A DNA stretch of 64,000 bases from Styela clava (taxonomy: Eukaryota), in assembly GCF_964204865.1 (NCBI RefSeq), contig NC_135250.1, forward strand, positions 930,001 to 994,000, written 5' to 3'. Both the position numbers and the translations under genes were made by a program. Of the stretch, positions 27,591 through 40,268 are shown in pieces; position 1 is the first letter of the stretch; every line of letters begins with the position of its first letter. Below the pieces are notes generated by a model. That model was not told the origin of the DNA and did not search any database. It worked only from the letters and a program-made list of their open reading frames with translations.

Positions 27591-30102
27591 CTGCCTCCCT
27601 TGGCCCACTGTAATCGGAAGCCATTTTCCCTCCTTGGAAAATTTTGAGCGTGGGGTATCCAGATACACCGTACTCTCCGCATGTTCCTGTATTAGCCGTG
27701 CAGTCAACCTACCCCCATGCAGAAAAAAAACACTATGAAACTACTACACACACTAAACTAGTTGTATGGGGTGCTTGAAAAAGGCGTGTAACAAGCAGCT
27801 TCTGGTATGTGGAATTTATTCATAACACTTCCACAAAAATATTTTCATTTTTTGCTCTTAAGTTTAAACAAAAATTTCAAGCAAATAACCGATGATAGGC
27901 AAGGGGTTAAATGAGTATTTTACTAGATTTGTTCAAAACAATATATAGGCCTATAGGCCCAGATCCATGTTGATAATATGGCTCAACCACTTATCGGAAG
28001 GTTACCAGTCCATGTCGAGTATGGGTATAGTTAACCAAATAAATTTTTTAGATGTTCCAACTATAAGAATCGCCATCTAAAATACTTGAGCCACAAAAGT
28101 TGCTAATAAAGTATCGAATTTTGGTATAATTGCTTATTGTCAGAGTCCCGTGATTTGTGCATTATGTGCAAGAAAAATCAATATCAGCTGAAAAAGTCTA
28201 ATCTTGTATCATAAGTTGTAATCAGATGATCGGGAGACCGTTTTAAATACTGCAATGAGAGAATTTTCCACCTCTAGTATGGGAAGGCATTTTAAAAACG
28301 TAACACCTAAATATCCTCCCAACACCAAACCACATATCTATACTAAGCCAACTACCCCACATATTAAACGTAGTAGGCCACCACCAAGCCACCTGCCAAC
28401 CTGCGGCCTCTGTACGGAGCCACCATTTCTCCTCGGTGAAATATTCTTAATGTTGGGTACCCGCCCACTTTGTATTCGCGACACACCTCTTTATTCGCAA
28501 CACAATTTACCTGGCCAGAAAGTTAGTGGAATTTTTCATGGGTATTTGAGCTCTGAATAAAGCTCTAAGCAAACTTTCACTTATGAGTAACAGGTTACCC
28601 TTTTATTTTGGAATCTATCAAGTTTGGCATTGCTTGCCCCAGGGGTGTGCAATATTCCATGTACACAATGGTTAAAAAAAACTCACAATATTTTATGTTT
28701 TCAATATTTTAGTGGGGGACTTAAATTTTCGAGTTCTTGCACAGTTTGTTAACATCAGCTTCGACAAAAGGGTACTCCCGTAGTATGTGAACCAAGATGG
28801 TGGACACCGGAATGTGGTATGTGTACCAGGTTAGAGTTAGGCCAAAATTTTATTCCAATTTTTCTGATTTTAGTTCTATTACGAGTTCGGGGACTAGCCA
28901 AGTGATTCTCGTATTTTTACCTGAAATTATGGCTATTACGGTGTCCGCCATCTTGGTACACATACTTTAGGAATACTGACAAAAGTTGTGGCAACCCTTA
29001 TTGACTGACTGCTCAAACATCATTTTTGAAAAAAGAGCCAAAAAAACTCTTTCCACTTTCAGCCCGTAGCTCGCAATCCTGCTTTGAGCAACATTGTACA
29101 AAAATTGTTGGGCCATAATTTTATTCCGTTTTTTTTTTTTAATTTCAGTTCTATTACGAGTTCGGGGACTGTCTGTGTTAGCCAAGTAAATATACCCCCT
29201 GCCCATAGGCTTCAGTCCCTTTACACAACTTGATGTAAAGTAGGTGAACAAAATTAGTTACCACAATATCGGTACACATACTTCTGGAGCGCCCAAAAAT
29301 TAATCTATTATTAAGGGATGCTTACCTTGATCAAAACAGCACTGGACTTATCTGACTTAAGTGCAGTTGCAGCTTTCTCATATTTGGGTGCAAGTCTTTT
29401 GCAATGCCCACACCTGGGGAGGTCAAGAAAATATAAATTAATTAAGGTAAACAACAGTACTGGCTGGGGCATTTTAACCTCTTTATTTTTTTGCACATTT
29501 TTGATGTTATTCCACAGTTTTTGCAAGGTTTTTCATGTTATCATTCTGCCCAAGGAAATGGCAAAATTTGATCAGCTACAATTTTTTACAAAACCATTTT
29601 TTTTTCTAAATTTTATTATTGCATTGCCTATAATTTTTTGATCTTTTTTTTTTTGATGCTGTCAATCTTGTATTAGAATAGGTTAAAATGGTCAGGCAAT
29701 ATGCACGTATTGCCTCACTTTTCTGTTTATATTACTAACCATAAGCTGAAGATGGGACAGAAATAAAGGCAGGGTGAGAACCATTGGCATGCTTTTCCAT
29801 AACTCAATGGTCCCTTTTGAAGCGTTTGTTGGACTTAATAACATATAATCGATCATCTTCAACTTAGTTGCAGGCTTGCAGCCTTATCTGAGACTAGACC
29901 ATGGCGAGCAGAATAGTGCTTAGAACTGCAGCAAAAAATAATTTAAAGAATAAAATAATGGAACATACCATGGTGCAAAAAATTCAACAAGTGCGATGTC
30001 ATAAGTTCCAATCTTATTTTTGAAATCGTTGTCTGTGAGTTCTATGACATCACTCCCCATCGCCACGGCAACCAAACAGGAAAAAACATCAAGTAACTTC
30101 AT
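27591..30102 (-). pseudogene. PDIA3: Protein disulfide-isomerase A3 (ERp57)-like gene, exons 1-3 only (3'-truncated)
   Basis: Exons 30102-29969, 29413-29326 and 27708-27591 splice to [113 protein letters not shown]: a signal peptide plus a thioredoxin a-domain with WCGHC, closely resembling vertebrate PDIA3. No exon 4 (DGIV..) is found; Gypsy sequence starts at ~27500. Confidence 0.85.
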
Positions 30103-30813
30103 GTTTCTGTTTCTAACTATCCTACCGGTATGTGTAAAAGTAATAAATGACTGAAATTGTCAAAGTGAGATGGTTAGAATAATTCTATTCACTATAATGA
30201 TCTTGAGTGACAATGCCTCGTATCAGAGAATCCCATTTTGATGATGAACAGACACCCCTCCTTTCAGGGTCGTTTGAACATGGTTGTCTCTCGATATCAG
30301 TAGAAATACAGTAAAATGAAGTCACACAATAAACTAAGAAGCGCAATTTAAAAAAGTTATCATTGAATTCTTTTAAAAAAAAAATCTGATTTACCATAAA
30401 AAATTTTTTAGCATGGCATTGAAGAGTTTTCAGCAAATACGGCCAGACGGCCGCAATAATATAAGATTATTATCGAGACAATCCTGGCACGATGAGACGC
30501 ATCTGCCGTCATGCCAGGCGACCCTCGTTTGTGAGACATACCCCACATATGTATTAAAAAGTCGGGCCCGACATCCTTGGAATATGAAAACTGTACTCGC
30601 AAACCCCTCTTTCAAAGTAAGGACTGGAAAATTTGAGGCCAGTTCACTAAACGCCATCAATTCCTTCTAGTTGGCGTGGCATAAGCATTTTCGCATATGT
30701 TATTTCTAACCCCCACCTGACTACATCCTGACATTCAAAAATTGGCAGACTCAGAGACCTGGAGACTGGCCTGTGTAACTGGCCGACTGGAGAAAGTCCA
30801 GGAATGGTCTAGT

Positions 30814-31155
30814 ACAGCGCTACTCAACTGGCGGTCCGAATCCGGACCTTTCGACCATGAAATTTGGACCGCTCTGCTTGTTTATTTTGGCAGCATAAGC
30901 ATCGTTTCATAGTTCTGTAGTTTTAGATGATTTTGATACAATTTAAATACACAGCTATACAGCTTATCGTACTGGTACCGATGTGCGATATTATTTGTGT
31001 CCATATTTGCGAGCCATTCATTGCTCTTGTATTTAATTTAATATTGCATTTTAAGTTTCGTTTATTTGATGGAATAAATTTTCTGTAATGTCCGGACCCC
31101 AGTAATTTTGAAGTTTCGTAAACGGACCTTTGGTGAAAATAGTTGAGTAGCCCTG
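30814..31155. mobile_element. hAT MITE (relative at ~22662-22967)
   Basis: CAGCGCTACTCAACT..AGTTGAGTAGCCCTG, with TSD gtctagta/gcctagta. Confidence 0.7.
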
Positions 31156-31722
31156 GCCTAGTATGAGAATAGCTCAGTTCTGCACTTAATAAACCTGACA
31201 CAGTCAAATGTTGTTTGCTTAGATTAACAGTCAGACAGTAAGCCTACCGGCCGGTACCGGTACCGGTATAACATAAAAAAATCATAAATTTTTCCCTGTC
31301 ATACAACATGTCCAGATGTCAGCATGTTCTTGAAGCACAGGAATTTTGACTACTGTAACTTAATACAGTCTAATAGCAAAAATCTAAAATCGTGACATAT
31401 CTAGTTTTCAGATCTCATCGTCTTATTACCCCTGGTAAAATATAAATTACGCTTACAGACTTACAATTCTTGAATTATAAATACGGCCAGGCGGCTGTGC
31501 GGTATTACCGGTGCCTGAATATAATTCACGAAAGACTTATTCGCAACTCAGAATTCTGTCAACCAAATAGCATACATGTAAATTTATTAACGACGACATA
31601 AATCCTCTTCAAACTACCTAAACCCAACTTCATACTGCCATAAAGTCAATAAAATTCGAAAAATCACGACAAAATCTTTCTTGTGAAGCAGCGGGCCATG
31701 GAAATGCAACGTGTGCCTGAAA

Positions 31723-31755
31723 CGACGTCACCCGGTGTTGGAGCAATCTGATTGG
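31723..31755 (-). promoter_or_regulatory. ERSE-like element (CCAAT-N9-CCAAC) with adjacent CRE/UPRE-like TGACGTCG upstream of PDIA3
   Basis: Minus strand reads CCAATcagattgctCCAAC (31755-31737) then TGACGTCG (31730-31723), with a second CCAAT nearby, in a locally CpG-rich patch ~1.6 kb upstream of the PDIA3 ATG. Confidence 0.45.
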
Positions 31756-32554
31756 CTAATTGGGACTAAAGTCGATGATGCGTGAAGCCGCGCGACAAAA
31801 TAACTGTTTTCCGATTTGTTTCCTGCGCCGTTATTCTTTCTTAGGTATTTAATTTATTGAGTATTAGGGTTATACTTGAATGGAATTGTATACAATTCGG
31901 GTAATTACGCAAAAATAGCGACACGTAGAATTATGGATCAAAGCTACGTCACGAAAATTTAGCAACTAATTTAGAAACACGGAAATATAGCGTGCACGTT
32001 ACGTAAAACCCTCGCGCGTGACTTTAGTCGTCGCGTATTTGGAGATGATTCAGATCCAGACGTTTTTTAGTCTATATACGTTCTGCATAATTTTCTGAAA
32101 TCAGGATAACTGTTGTTTATGAGTTCGATACAAACCCAATCCTAATATTTCCCCTTATTTGGTAGAGATGATAATGGTTTGGTTTCGGCGCGTAGGGTGG
32201 TTAACGTAACCGCTTGTCTTCCACCACCAAGTCCATGCATCTGAAATCAAACAAGACAGCTATGCTCAAATATGTGGACGCAGTGGGCAAAACTGAAAAT
32301 TTCATCACTAATTTCACAAAAATAATATGAAGTAACTTACCAGTACCTGTATCGGGGTACCGAGACGGAACAGGAACTATCGTAGATTTTTCAGGTCCTG
32401 TGACGATGATCCATTCTCCTTAATTCAGTTTCAACGTGAATTGAAAAACTAACTGATCTAGTCACTTCTGTATTACCAGATCAGGTGCCGCAGTCTACCA
32501 TTTTCTAAAAAAACTCCCCAAAATCATAGGTAGTAACGTTAATTCACCTGTATC

Positions 32555-33421
32555 CAGTGGTGAGCTGTAGCCGGAATGCACCGGAACGGCGTTCCGGTTG
32601 TTGGACATTTTATCGCATTTGCGTTCCTGTTTTCAAAAATAAAATTATGATTCGAAAAGTCTAATTTCTTCGGGAAACTTAGTTATTAATTGATGTTTTG
32701 TTGCATCATAATTCTTTTTGCATTACAGCTGGCAAATAATTAGTGCACAGCAGTAACGTGTAACTGTAATGGATGTTTCGCCGACCCTTGACACCCGTGA
32801 AAATTCATCCAATACCTTTCTAATAATAACATTTGTATTGAATTAGTATGAACATTTTTTTCAATTTTGAACAGTCATATTTCAGGTAATTTTTTCATAT
32901 TTCATTGTAGTTCTTCGGCTCTATCTTACGACAGACAAAATTACTGGTAGTGTAGCAAGTACATAAGGATAGTTACTGTGTATTTTAATATTTTCACCAC
33001 TTATTGTTAGTAGTGCATGTTATTTGCCTGATACAAGGTCGTTGTCCCAATTCATTTCCTTTATGATATATTTTTCTCGCTCAGTGTAGCTTGTCTTTGC
33101 CGTTCTTTGTTAGTTAGAAATTTGGTTTCATCACATATACTTGCTTTAAGGTTTCAAGTGTAATTCGTTATTTGGATCAATTCGATTGTGCAACTTTACA
33201 ATATAACAATTGGAATTCAATACATTGTGTGCTTTTTGACCTCTGAAGGAGTCAAGATCGGAGTTACACTCTGTTAACGTGTGTTCAATAACACGGGAGT
33301 GTGGACACGCAGATAGGGTCGAATCTTTGTTGCCTTATAGTAGCGTCGTGTTGTAAATATATATTACATTTTCAGGAATTTGATGCGTTCCGGTTGTTAC
33401 GATTTTTCCAGCTCATCACTA
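32555..33421. mobile_element. Non-autonomous hAT element
   Basis: TIRs CAGTGGTGAGCTG / CAGCTCATCACTA, with 8-bp TSD cctgtatc at 32547-32554 and 33422-33429. Confidence 0.85.
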
Positions 33422-33596
33422 CCTGTATCGGGATAGCTTTTCAAGGTAGCGTAGTTTTCCCAGGTTTTGTTACGATGATCCATGCTTTTTGATTCAGTTT
33501 CAACGTGAATTGAAAAACTAATTGATCCGAGTCATTTGTCTATTACCAGATCAGGTCCCACCGTCCCACGGTCTACCGTTACTACTATAAAACTAG

Positions 33597-33935
33597 TAGG
33601 ATAGGATGGAATTTTACATATTTATCCCGGGGAGAGGAAAGCCGATAAGACGGCCCAATCATATGGCGAACCACGGCCTCTCGTCCGGTTACCAGTCCAG
33701 GTCGGGTATGGGACTAGTTAGCCAAGTATTTGTTTTTTCGGAAGCATAGACTTGATGGTGGAGGAAGCCGTAACCGACCAGCGGTTACCTGAACCACTCT
33801 ACGGCGGCGAGGAGTCCAGCAATCCTCTCGCACATAATCATCCCCGCATGAGATTCGAACCTGTGAACCCAAGAAGTGTAATCAGAGATGCGGTGGCGAG
33901 CGTATTCTTAACGCACGATGCGCCACACCGCCGCC
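33597..33935 (-). mobile_element. tRNA-derived SINE
   Basis: Minus-strand head GGCGGCGGTGTGGCGCATCGTG (A-box-like) and GGTTCGAATC (B box, 33861-33852), body ~330 bp, simple-repeat tail. Fragments of the same body occur at ~27999-28040 and ~32186-32245. Confidence 0.75.
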
Positions 33936-34588
33936 GAGTAGAAATTTGACCTTTGAATGGGGCGAAGCGAAAAATTCAAATTTGTTGGCAGAATTCACAA
34001 CCGAAAAATGCAGGAGCGCAGCCAGGATTTTTCCAACGGGGGGTTACGGTGAAATTAAAACATTGCACCAAAAGTAAAATTCACGACGACGTGATGCGTT
34101 TAATGGATCTTTCCCCGACATCAAAACATCCGTATTCTCAACCAATCACAAGCGAGCAGATGTAAACAAACATTCTCCGCTGAAAAGTCGCTCAGACAAC
34201 CTTGGACGCGTTCCGCACAGGTTGCTGGCGGTTTAGGCAGATCTTTGTTCTTTTTTTTTCGCTTTTTGTTTTCTTCACAGGGCTGCGAGAATTAGAGAGC
34301 TGTAATAATGTATGTTACTTGTCGCAAATCACGTTCACGAAATCTATATATCTATACTAAAAGGCTGTACCCGTTGCTGGCACATTACAGGAGGTACGGT
34401 ACCGGTACGTACTGTACAGGTCAACCAACTGCTATTTCGAACCAAAAAATAGTAGACAGTCATGCTGATGCAATCAAGGGTACCGATAGCCTACCGTATG
34501 TCTGTACGAAATAATTCGCTTTCGATACGATGTTGCATTTTTATTAAACAGAATCTATTACTTAGTGAATTATTTCCGTAGACAAACT

Positions 34589-34950
34589 ATGTGTAAACGC
34601 TGCGCATATGGTATTTGTCGGTCTGACAACCTGTACGGTACCCCTGCCGTTCAAATGGAGTAAGATTTGTGCTATTTTCACATATACCACATATTGACCG
34701 CTGTAAAAAGCAATGAGGTGGATAAAGGCATGCAACAGGCCTTACAGTCAATTCAATCTAGGAAAAATCACCAGAAATACATACGTGTGTACCAAGGTAG
34801 GCCAACATTAATATTGTTTTAGATACCTATGATATATTCAATATGTTAATTCTTATATGAAATAAATTTTCATACAAGCAATGTGTTTCATCATGCATTT
34901 TCATGGAGGCGATGGACCAACTGATGAATACCCTGACCCTATATCAGATT
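34589..34950 (+). pseudogene. THAP zinc-finger N-terminus of a transposase (degenerate, DDE core missing)
   Basis: MCKRCAYGICRSD...RWIKACNRPYSQFNLGKITRNTYVCTK|intron|HFHGGDGPTDEYPDP matches the C2CH THAP signature; frameshifted. Confidence 0.75.
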
Positions 34951-35505
34951 CTTGTCGCCCAACATGCACCATCAAATTGTGAGGTAAGGATTACTTATAC
35001 CATAATTTAACTTTGGATCATAATTTGACAGGATCTGTCACCAAATACTTCATTTGATACAGAGACATGCGAATCTGACGAAAGTGAGAAGGGATTGTCA
35101 GTGATCCAACTAGACCTGCCCCCAGACTCCTTAGTTGAAACTACCTCAAGTGCCGCTGATGAAAATGACAGCGCTTTGTCAGACAGCAGAAAAATGTAAG
35201 CAAGCATCATCACCATCATTTTATTTTGTTTCTCTGGCATAAAATCACACAAAAAGTCAACATACAAAAAACCTGGAAGGTGAGCATAACTTAAAATAGA
35301 TTTCAAAAAGTACGTGGCTACCTACCAGAAAAAGAAACAATAATAATAAAAAGGCACGAAAGAATTAACAAGATTCAGAATCGAGCAACACTTTTAATGT
35401 AATTCAAAATGAGAAAACACACACTTCTTTCAGCATTGGTGTCATATTTGCTAAATGTAAAAATGATGAATAAAGAAGGAAAATTAATATTGAACACTTG
35501 GGACT

Positions 35506-37150
35506 TCATGCAGAATCTATTACAATCCATTGATGATGAAATGATGTTACTTTATGAAGGATGCTTCGCATGCATGCCATGTCCGGTGTGACCCTGGGTA
35601 TTGTAATATCATTTTTTGTGGGGACTGCAAAGTCACACCAAGCTGCTCCTGATTCCAGAAGTTGGCCCTGCACTTGGTAGTAACTGTGGTTTGTGATAAA
35701 TATCCTTATTTTGTTAGGTTGTTTTGCATTTATAACTGTCATATAAATTACAACTTGTTCATATTCATCTGATAACTTTAGAACCGAACCAAGTGGTGGG
35801 TGTTTGCCCATCTTACTATGGGCTGACTATATAACAATGAGGTAGTGCTCAGTGAGCGCAATTCTTCCATATTATCAGGACATGAAACCAGGCAGCTTCA
35901 ATAAAATAACTCAGCAGTGAAATCATTGTGATACATTATGTCTGTGAATGGAATTGTGAAATGAATTTAATTCTATTATTTTGACGTTCCATTGCTTTCA
36001 TGGTTTTTGTTCGTTGTGCTTAAAAGCATACGGTATATCTGGTGTGTATTTTCATCCTATACAACACAATATCTGGAAAACTGTATAATTTGTAGTGATT
36101 TTCTTGGATTTTTTTTCTTGCTTGTTCCCTCATCATATATTTTTTTATAATCTGTTATATTCTATTTCGACACCGAATGAATAAACTATATTGTAAAACC
36201 TGTACCGGTACCCGATACCCTGTACAGATACCCGACTGTTTTTGGTTGAACCGGTATGATTGGAACTCTGGCTCGATCTGACTTTGTGGGCTTAGCCCCA
36301 ACTACAGACGACAAAACTGTTGGATCTATTTTGTTCCCTGCATATAGGTTGTTACCAATGCTGGGGAAGGCTTGTACATGCTTGGCTCAGCAGAAAATCT
36401 TTTATTCCCATCAATTTCATCTGTTGGTTAGTCTAACGATATGGCAACAAGCACCAGTAGTTCTGATGAATATGTAACAATTTTTAAAATATGCTTATCA
36501 CTATAACATTATTGGTCTTGTAATTTTATGCGGTATGTAATCGATCATAATACCTCAATAAACCTGTTGAATCTAATCTTTCAATAGCATATTTGCACCC
36601 ATCTTACCGAGCTAATAAATCTGTGTTTCTATGATACGACATAAACTTAAGTGCCCTCACCGTACCCAGCATGTACAAACTGCATCAGAGACTCGGCGAC
36701 TATCCAGCGACACTACTATTTGAAGATGATGTGGTGGCAGAGACTCCTGAACTTATCTATAGCACTTGGCTTTGAAATCTAGCGTTGAACCAAGATTGAC
36801 GACTGAACCATCATGAATGTATCTGAAAAAAATATTCATCTGTTCATAATAACAGATTGCTGTAGTTTGTGCAATGTTTCCAAGAATGTATTTAAAAGAC
36901 TTTTTAAACCCTTCATTTCATTTGTTTCTATACTAAACCCACCAATTCAATCCTAATTCGGACGCTATCTATTAGTCTATTCACCATGGGATACGGTACC
37001 TACCGGTAGTCACGCAGGTCTTCTAGTCCTCTGACATTCTTCAACCATAAAAGTTTAAATATCACCTTTTAATGAAAAGTTTTGTATCCTTCTCCAGCTG
37101 GTGGAAAGTAAAGTTCTTGCAGAACCAAGTAATCTCTGAGTGATTCCATT
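35506..37150 (-). pseudogene. SWIM + YqaJ/lambda-exonuclease accessory gene of the ISL2EU element (degenerate)
   Basis: Fragments KGYKLF../YIHD..KAKCYR..PHHLQI..AVCTC, CCHI..CTSLPQHW and NHSYYQVQGQLLESGAAWCDFAV, with stops and frameshifts. Confidence 0.75.
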
Positions 37151-37487
37151 TTTGTATGTTAAATGGGCTTTTGGAACTAAGTTAGGCACGGTAACGGCAA
37201 TGTGAAGGCGGAATAACGTTTACAATAGATCACTTGACAATATGTTATAACTTTAGAAGCACGAAAATACCGCCATCACCAGTGAAATGCCATTCGAAGG
37301 CCTCTAAAATGAGCAACGTACCACTCTATCGCCCTACACAAGCCTGAATATTTCCAATGTTTGTCTGAGCGACCAAAATCAAAACAATAAAGGTCAAAGG
37401 TCGGGGAAAGATCCATAAACCAAAATGTATGGTCGTTCACAGCGAAATTTCACAGTTACGTGTAGCTCCCCTCTCTTTGCCTATCGG

Positions 37488-38132
37488 TATTTGGTAAAAA
37501 TTTTGCAAGTCCTATTTCAAACATTGACCATTAATCGATGATATTGATGATGCTGATCATTCGATAATTATTTACATGCGCCGTGATTAGTGACGGGCAA
37601 AATAGAATTTTTTAATCGAGTTATTCGAATATTTTTAGCGAACACCGAAGAAGGAGTATTGTCATTTTAAACAACATTGATTGGGATGTCGGCCGCCGAA
37701 ACGATCGCCGTGACAACAATTTATTTTTTTCGGATTTTACTAGAAGACCGTAACAATGCGGCATTTTTTATATCGTTCGCACCGACATTCCAATTATATA
37801 GCAAATATTAATTCTCACGCAACGGAAGATATTGTAGTTTGGTTTTTATATTTCGGACAGAATTGTGAGTTCACATCGGCGAAGATGTTAAAGACAACTA
37901 TTAAGAAGTACATTCACATTACAAATCAATTTTATTGTGATTTTTATCTTCTATGTAAAATTTGAATCACAGTTTGTAATTACGGTCCCTTTAAGGCTTA
38001 AGCGAACAATATTATCATTACTGACCCCGGGACGCGATATTTGTGAAGCGGATAGTCGGCATTTTTATGCTTTTAATTTTAGATCGTGTCCGTGTTACAA
38101 ATAATAATTAAAAACTCCGCAAAATGGTAATG
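37488..38132 (+). repeat. Left arm of a diverged inverted repeat (partner ~43958-44410)
   Basis: 'cgaacaatattatcattactgaccccgggacgcgatattt' (~38003) is the near reverse complement of 'aaatatcgcatcccgaggtcagtaatgatattattgttcg' (~44058). 'acatcggcgaagatg' and 'gaccattaatc' also match in inverted order. Confidence 0.85.
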
Positions 38133-39557
38133 AATAAATCGGCAATGATGACATTTCTATGTGGTCAAAATAATATTTATCCCAAATATATCGGGAAATT
38201 TTCATAAAATACATTATTTACCCGTCTTACTTATCTGGGTCGACGTTTCTAAATTTACAAAACGATGTTGACACGCTTTATGCAAAATTAGAAATTGAAA
38301 AATATGATGCGAAAGGGCAAGGAATTTTTTTTTTCACAGTTATCGTTTCTACCTGTCAGCGATAGTCGTCGGAAAATTCTTACCCGTAACTCGTTGTAAA
38401 TTAATGTTAATAAATTCTATTTTGCTTTTCAATGCGCTGTGATTTGTATTAATTAAAGTGATTGAGACGGAAAAAGAAATTCCTTAAATTAGCTTATGAC
38501 CAGTGGTGGGATTCAAATTTTCTCTCAGCCGGTTCAATCACAAAAGTCATATTTTTCAGCCGGTTCTGTTACAAAAAATTATATTTTTTTGGCAAATAAA
38601 CTGAAAATTTTTGAAATTACTTCCTAATTAACATTTCAAAATAATGGTTAAGTAATCTTCATTATCGCAAAATTGGAATCGGAATTTTTATTCATGTTGA
38701 GGATTTTCTGTATTGCTGTATATATTATATACTCGTTGATAATGAACTTAAAAGGTGTATGATACCCTAAGCCGGTGTATGATCTACTGAAAGCAAATGC
38801 TTGAATGTTGATATTCAATAAAATAAACACAAGAAATCCTAACAAAGAAAAAAAAAGGTTTACAGAAATTAAACTCAAATTTTGCAGTTTTTACATCAAA
38901 TATTTCCAAATAAAATGACACCCTGATTGTCATCGATTTCTTTTGAATCTTTCTGAAACTAACTCATTGTTGGAATTTCCAAATGACCCACGGGGTATCC
39001 AACGTCATTCGTTGCAGTTTTTTAAAGGGAAAACTGCTCGCCAGTAGCCATACAAAACCCAGGAGATTTCACGAAATCGAGACAAGTAATGCAAAATTAC
39101 ATTGAATCCTGCGAGCTAATCTTATCGTTTCCTAGAAATCTCTCAAACAATAACTCAAAATTTTATTCAGAATTTATTTCTATTAGATTACCAGAGGTTA
39201 ATAAATGATATAGTACATAAATTATATGCGGAGAAATAAAAAATTAATTTTCTTGTAATAAGATTTTAATCATACAAGAAAATATTGAGATTCTCAGAAC
39301 GCTAATTTCTGTTTTTCAGTGTTAACTTAATTTTTCAAAGAATACCACAAATCTCATATATATATATAAAAATTACAAATAAAATATCAGATAATATTGT
39401 TCATGCACAAAGAATTTAAAATCAAGTGTATTGTCAAATTTGATGCCAGTTAGATAGACTCTATTCTGAGGTACCAGTCTCACAGAAATTCACTTTCAAA
39501 ATAAATTTGCCGATTCAATGAAACGACAGTTTAAGAGCAGCAGCAAACAGATGTTTC

Positions 39558-40268
39558 ACGTACGATGTTTCTGGGAAAAACTTATCCACTTCGATGTTTG
39601 GTAATCAAGGAGTTTAATTTGCAGATTCTGGTAAACAAAAGAAATCACTATATTTATCATATAATCAGTAAAACATAGACCAGGTTAAATTCAAAAACTA
39701 TTGAACTAAACGAGTCTGAAAATCGGGTATCTTTAGTCTCCAGTACAACAGGTTTGTCACGTTTACATGGTTAGAATACTTAATCATTATCTATACAAGA
39801 ACACAGACTTGCAAATATTTTATATAATTATTTTATTGCACAACTATGTGACAATACTTTTTACAGAACATCTAGGAAACTATTCAGTCACAGCGTGATA
39901 TCGCCCTGATGAACATAGTTATCATCTGTGCTTGTTGTGATACCAGTTCATCACTAGACTGGCCATTATTGAAGATAATCATCGATAAAATAACTTAATT
40001 ACAATGCCGGTCAGCTCTCAACAATAAAACTTGTATTCGTGGTTGCGCTGAGAAATATTTTCGTGAATACTAAATCAATGATTACCGTTGGAGGCAGAGA
40101 GTTCAGTTTTGTTTGAATAATCTTGATTTCTGCTTCGCATACGCAAATGGATATGTTCAATTCATCAGTGACGTGAGGTAGGCAATCACACACTGCAATC
40201 GGTTCTTCACGTGATAACTGTGGTAAAGTTTAATTGAAAACTATTTAATAAAGTTCAAATGATGTAGA
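39558..40268 (-). CDS. Candidate C-terminal LRR-like exons of NLR copy B (possibly partly degenerate)
   Basis: Exon ~40218-40087 LSREEPIAVCDCLPHVTDELNISICVCEAEIKIIQTKLNSLPPT|gtaatc (phase 0) splices in frame to ccag|NLQIKLLDYQTSKWISFSQKHRT* (~39627-39556). An upstream acceptor at ~40268 gives LHHLNFIK*. Linkage to the NLR is inferred from strand and position. Confidence 0.45.

Larger units (their letters stand above)
34105..37414. mobile_element. Degenerate ISL2EU-type (PIF/Harbinger-related) DNA transposon
   Basis: Perfect 15-bp TIR GGATCTTTCCCCGAC..GTCGGGGAAAGATCC flanked by AT/AT, a subterminal IR gtcgctcagacaa/ttgtctgagcgac, and convergent THAP and YqaJ-nuclease remnants. Confidence 0.8.

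Noticed and set aside
26576-27613. Plus-strand ORFs overlapping Gypsy (likewise those antisense to the NACHT exons)
   Set aside because: They are antisense shadows of real minus-strand coding sequence.
32400-32465. Box C/D snoRNA
   Set aside because: Box C is imperfect, and the CTGA and terminal stem are not conserved in the second copy.
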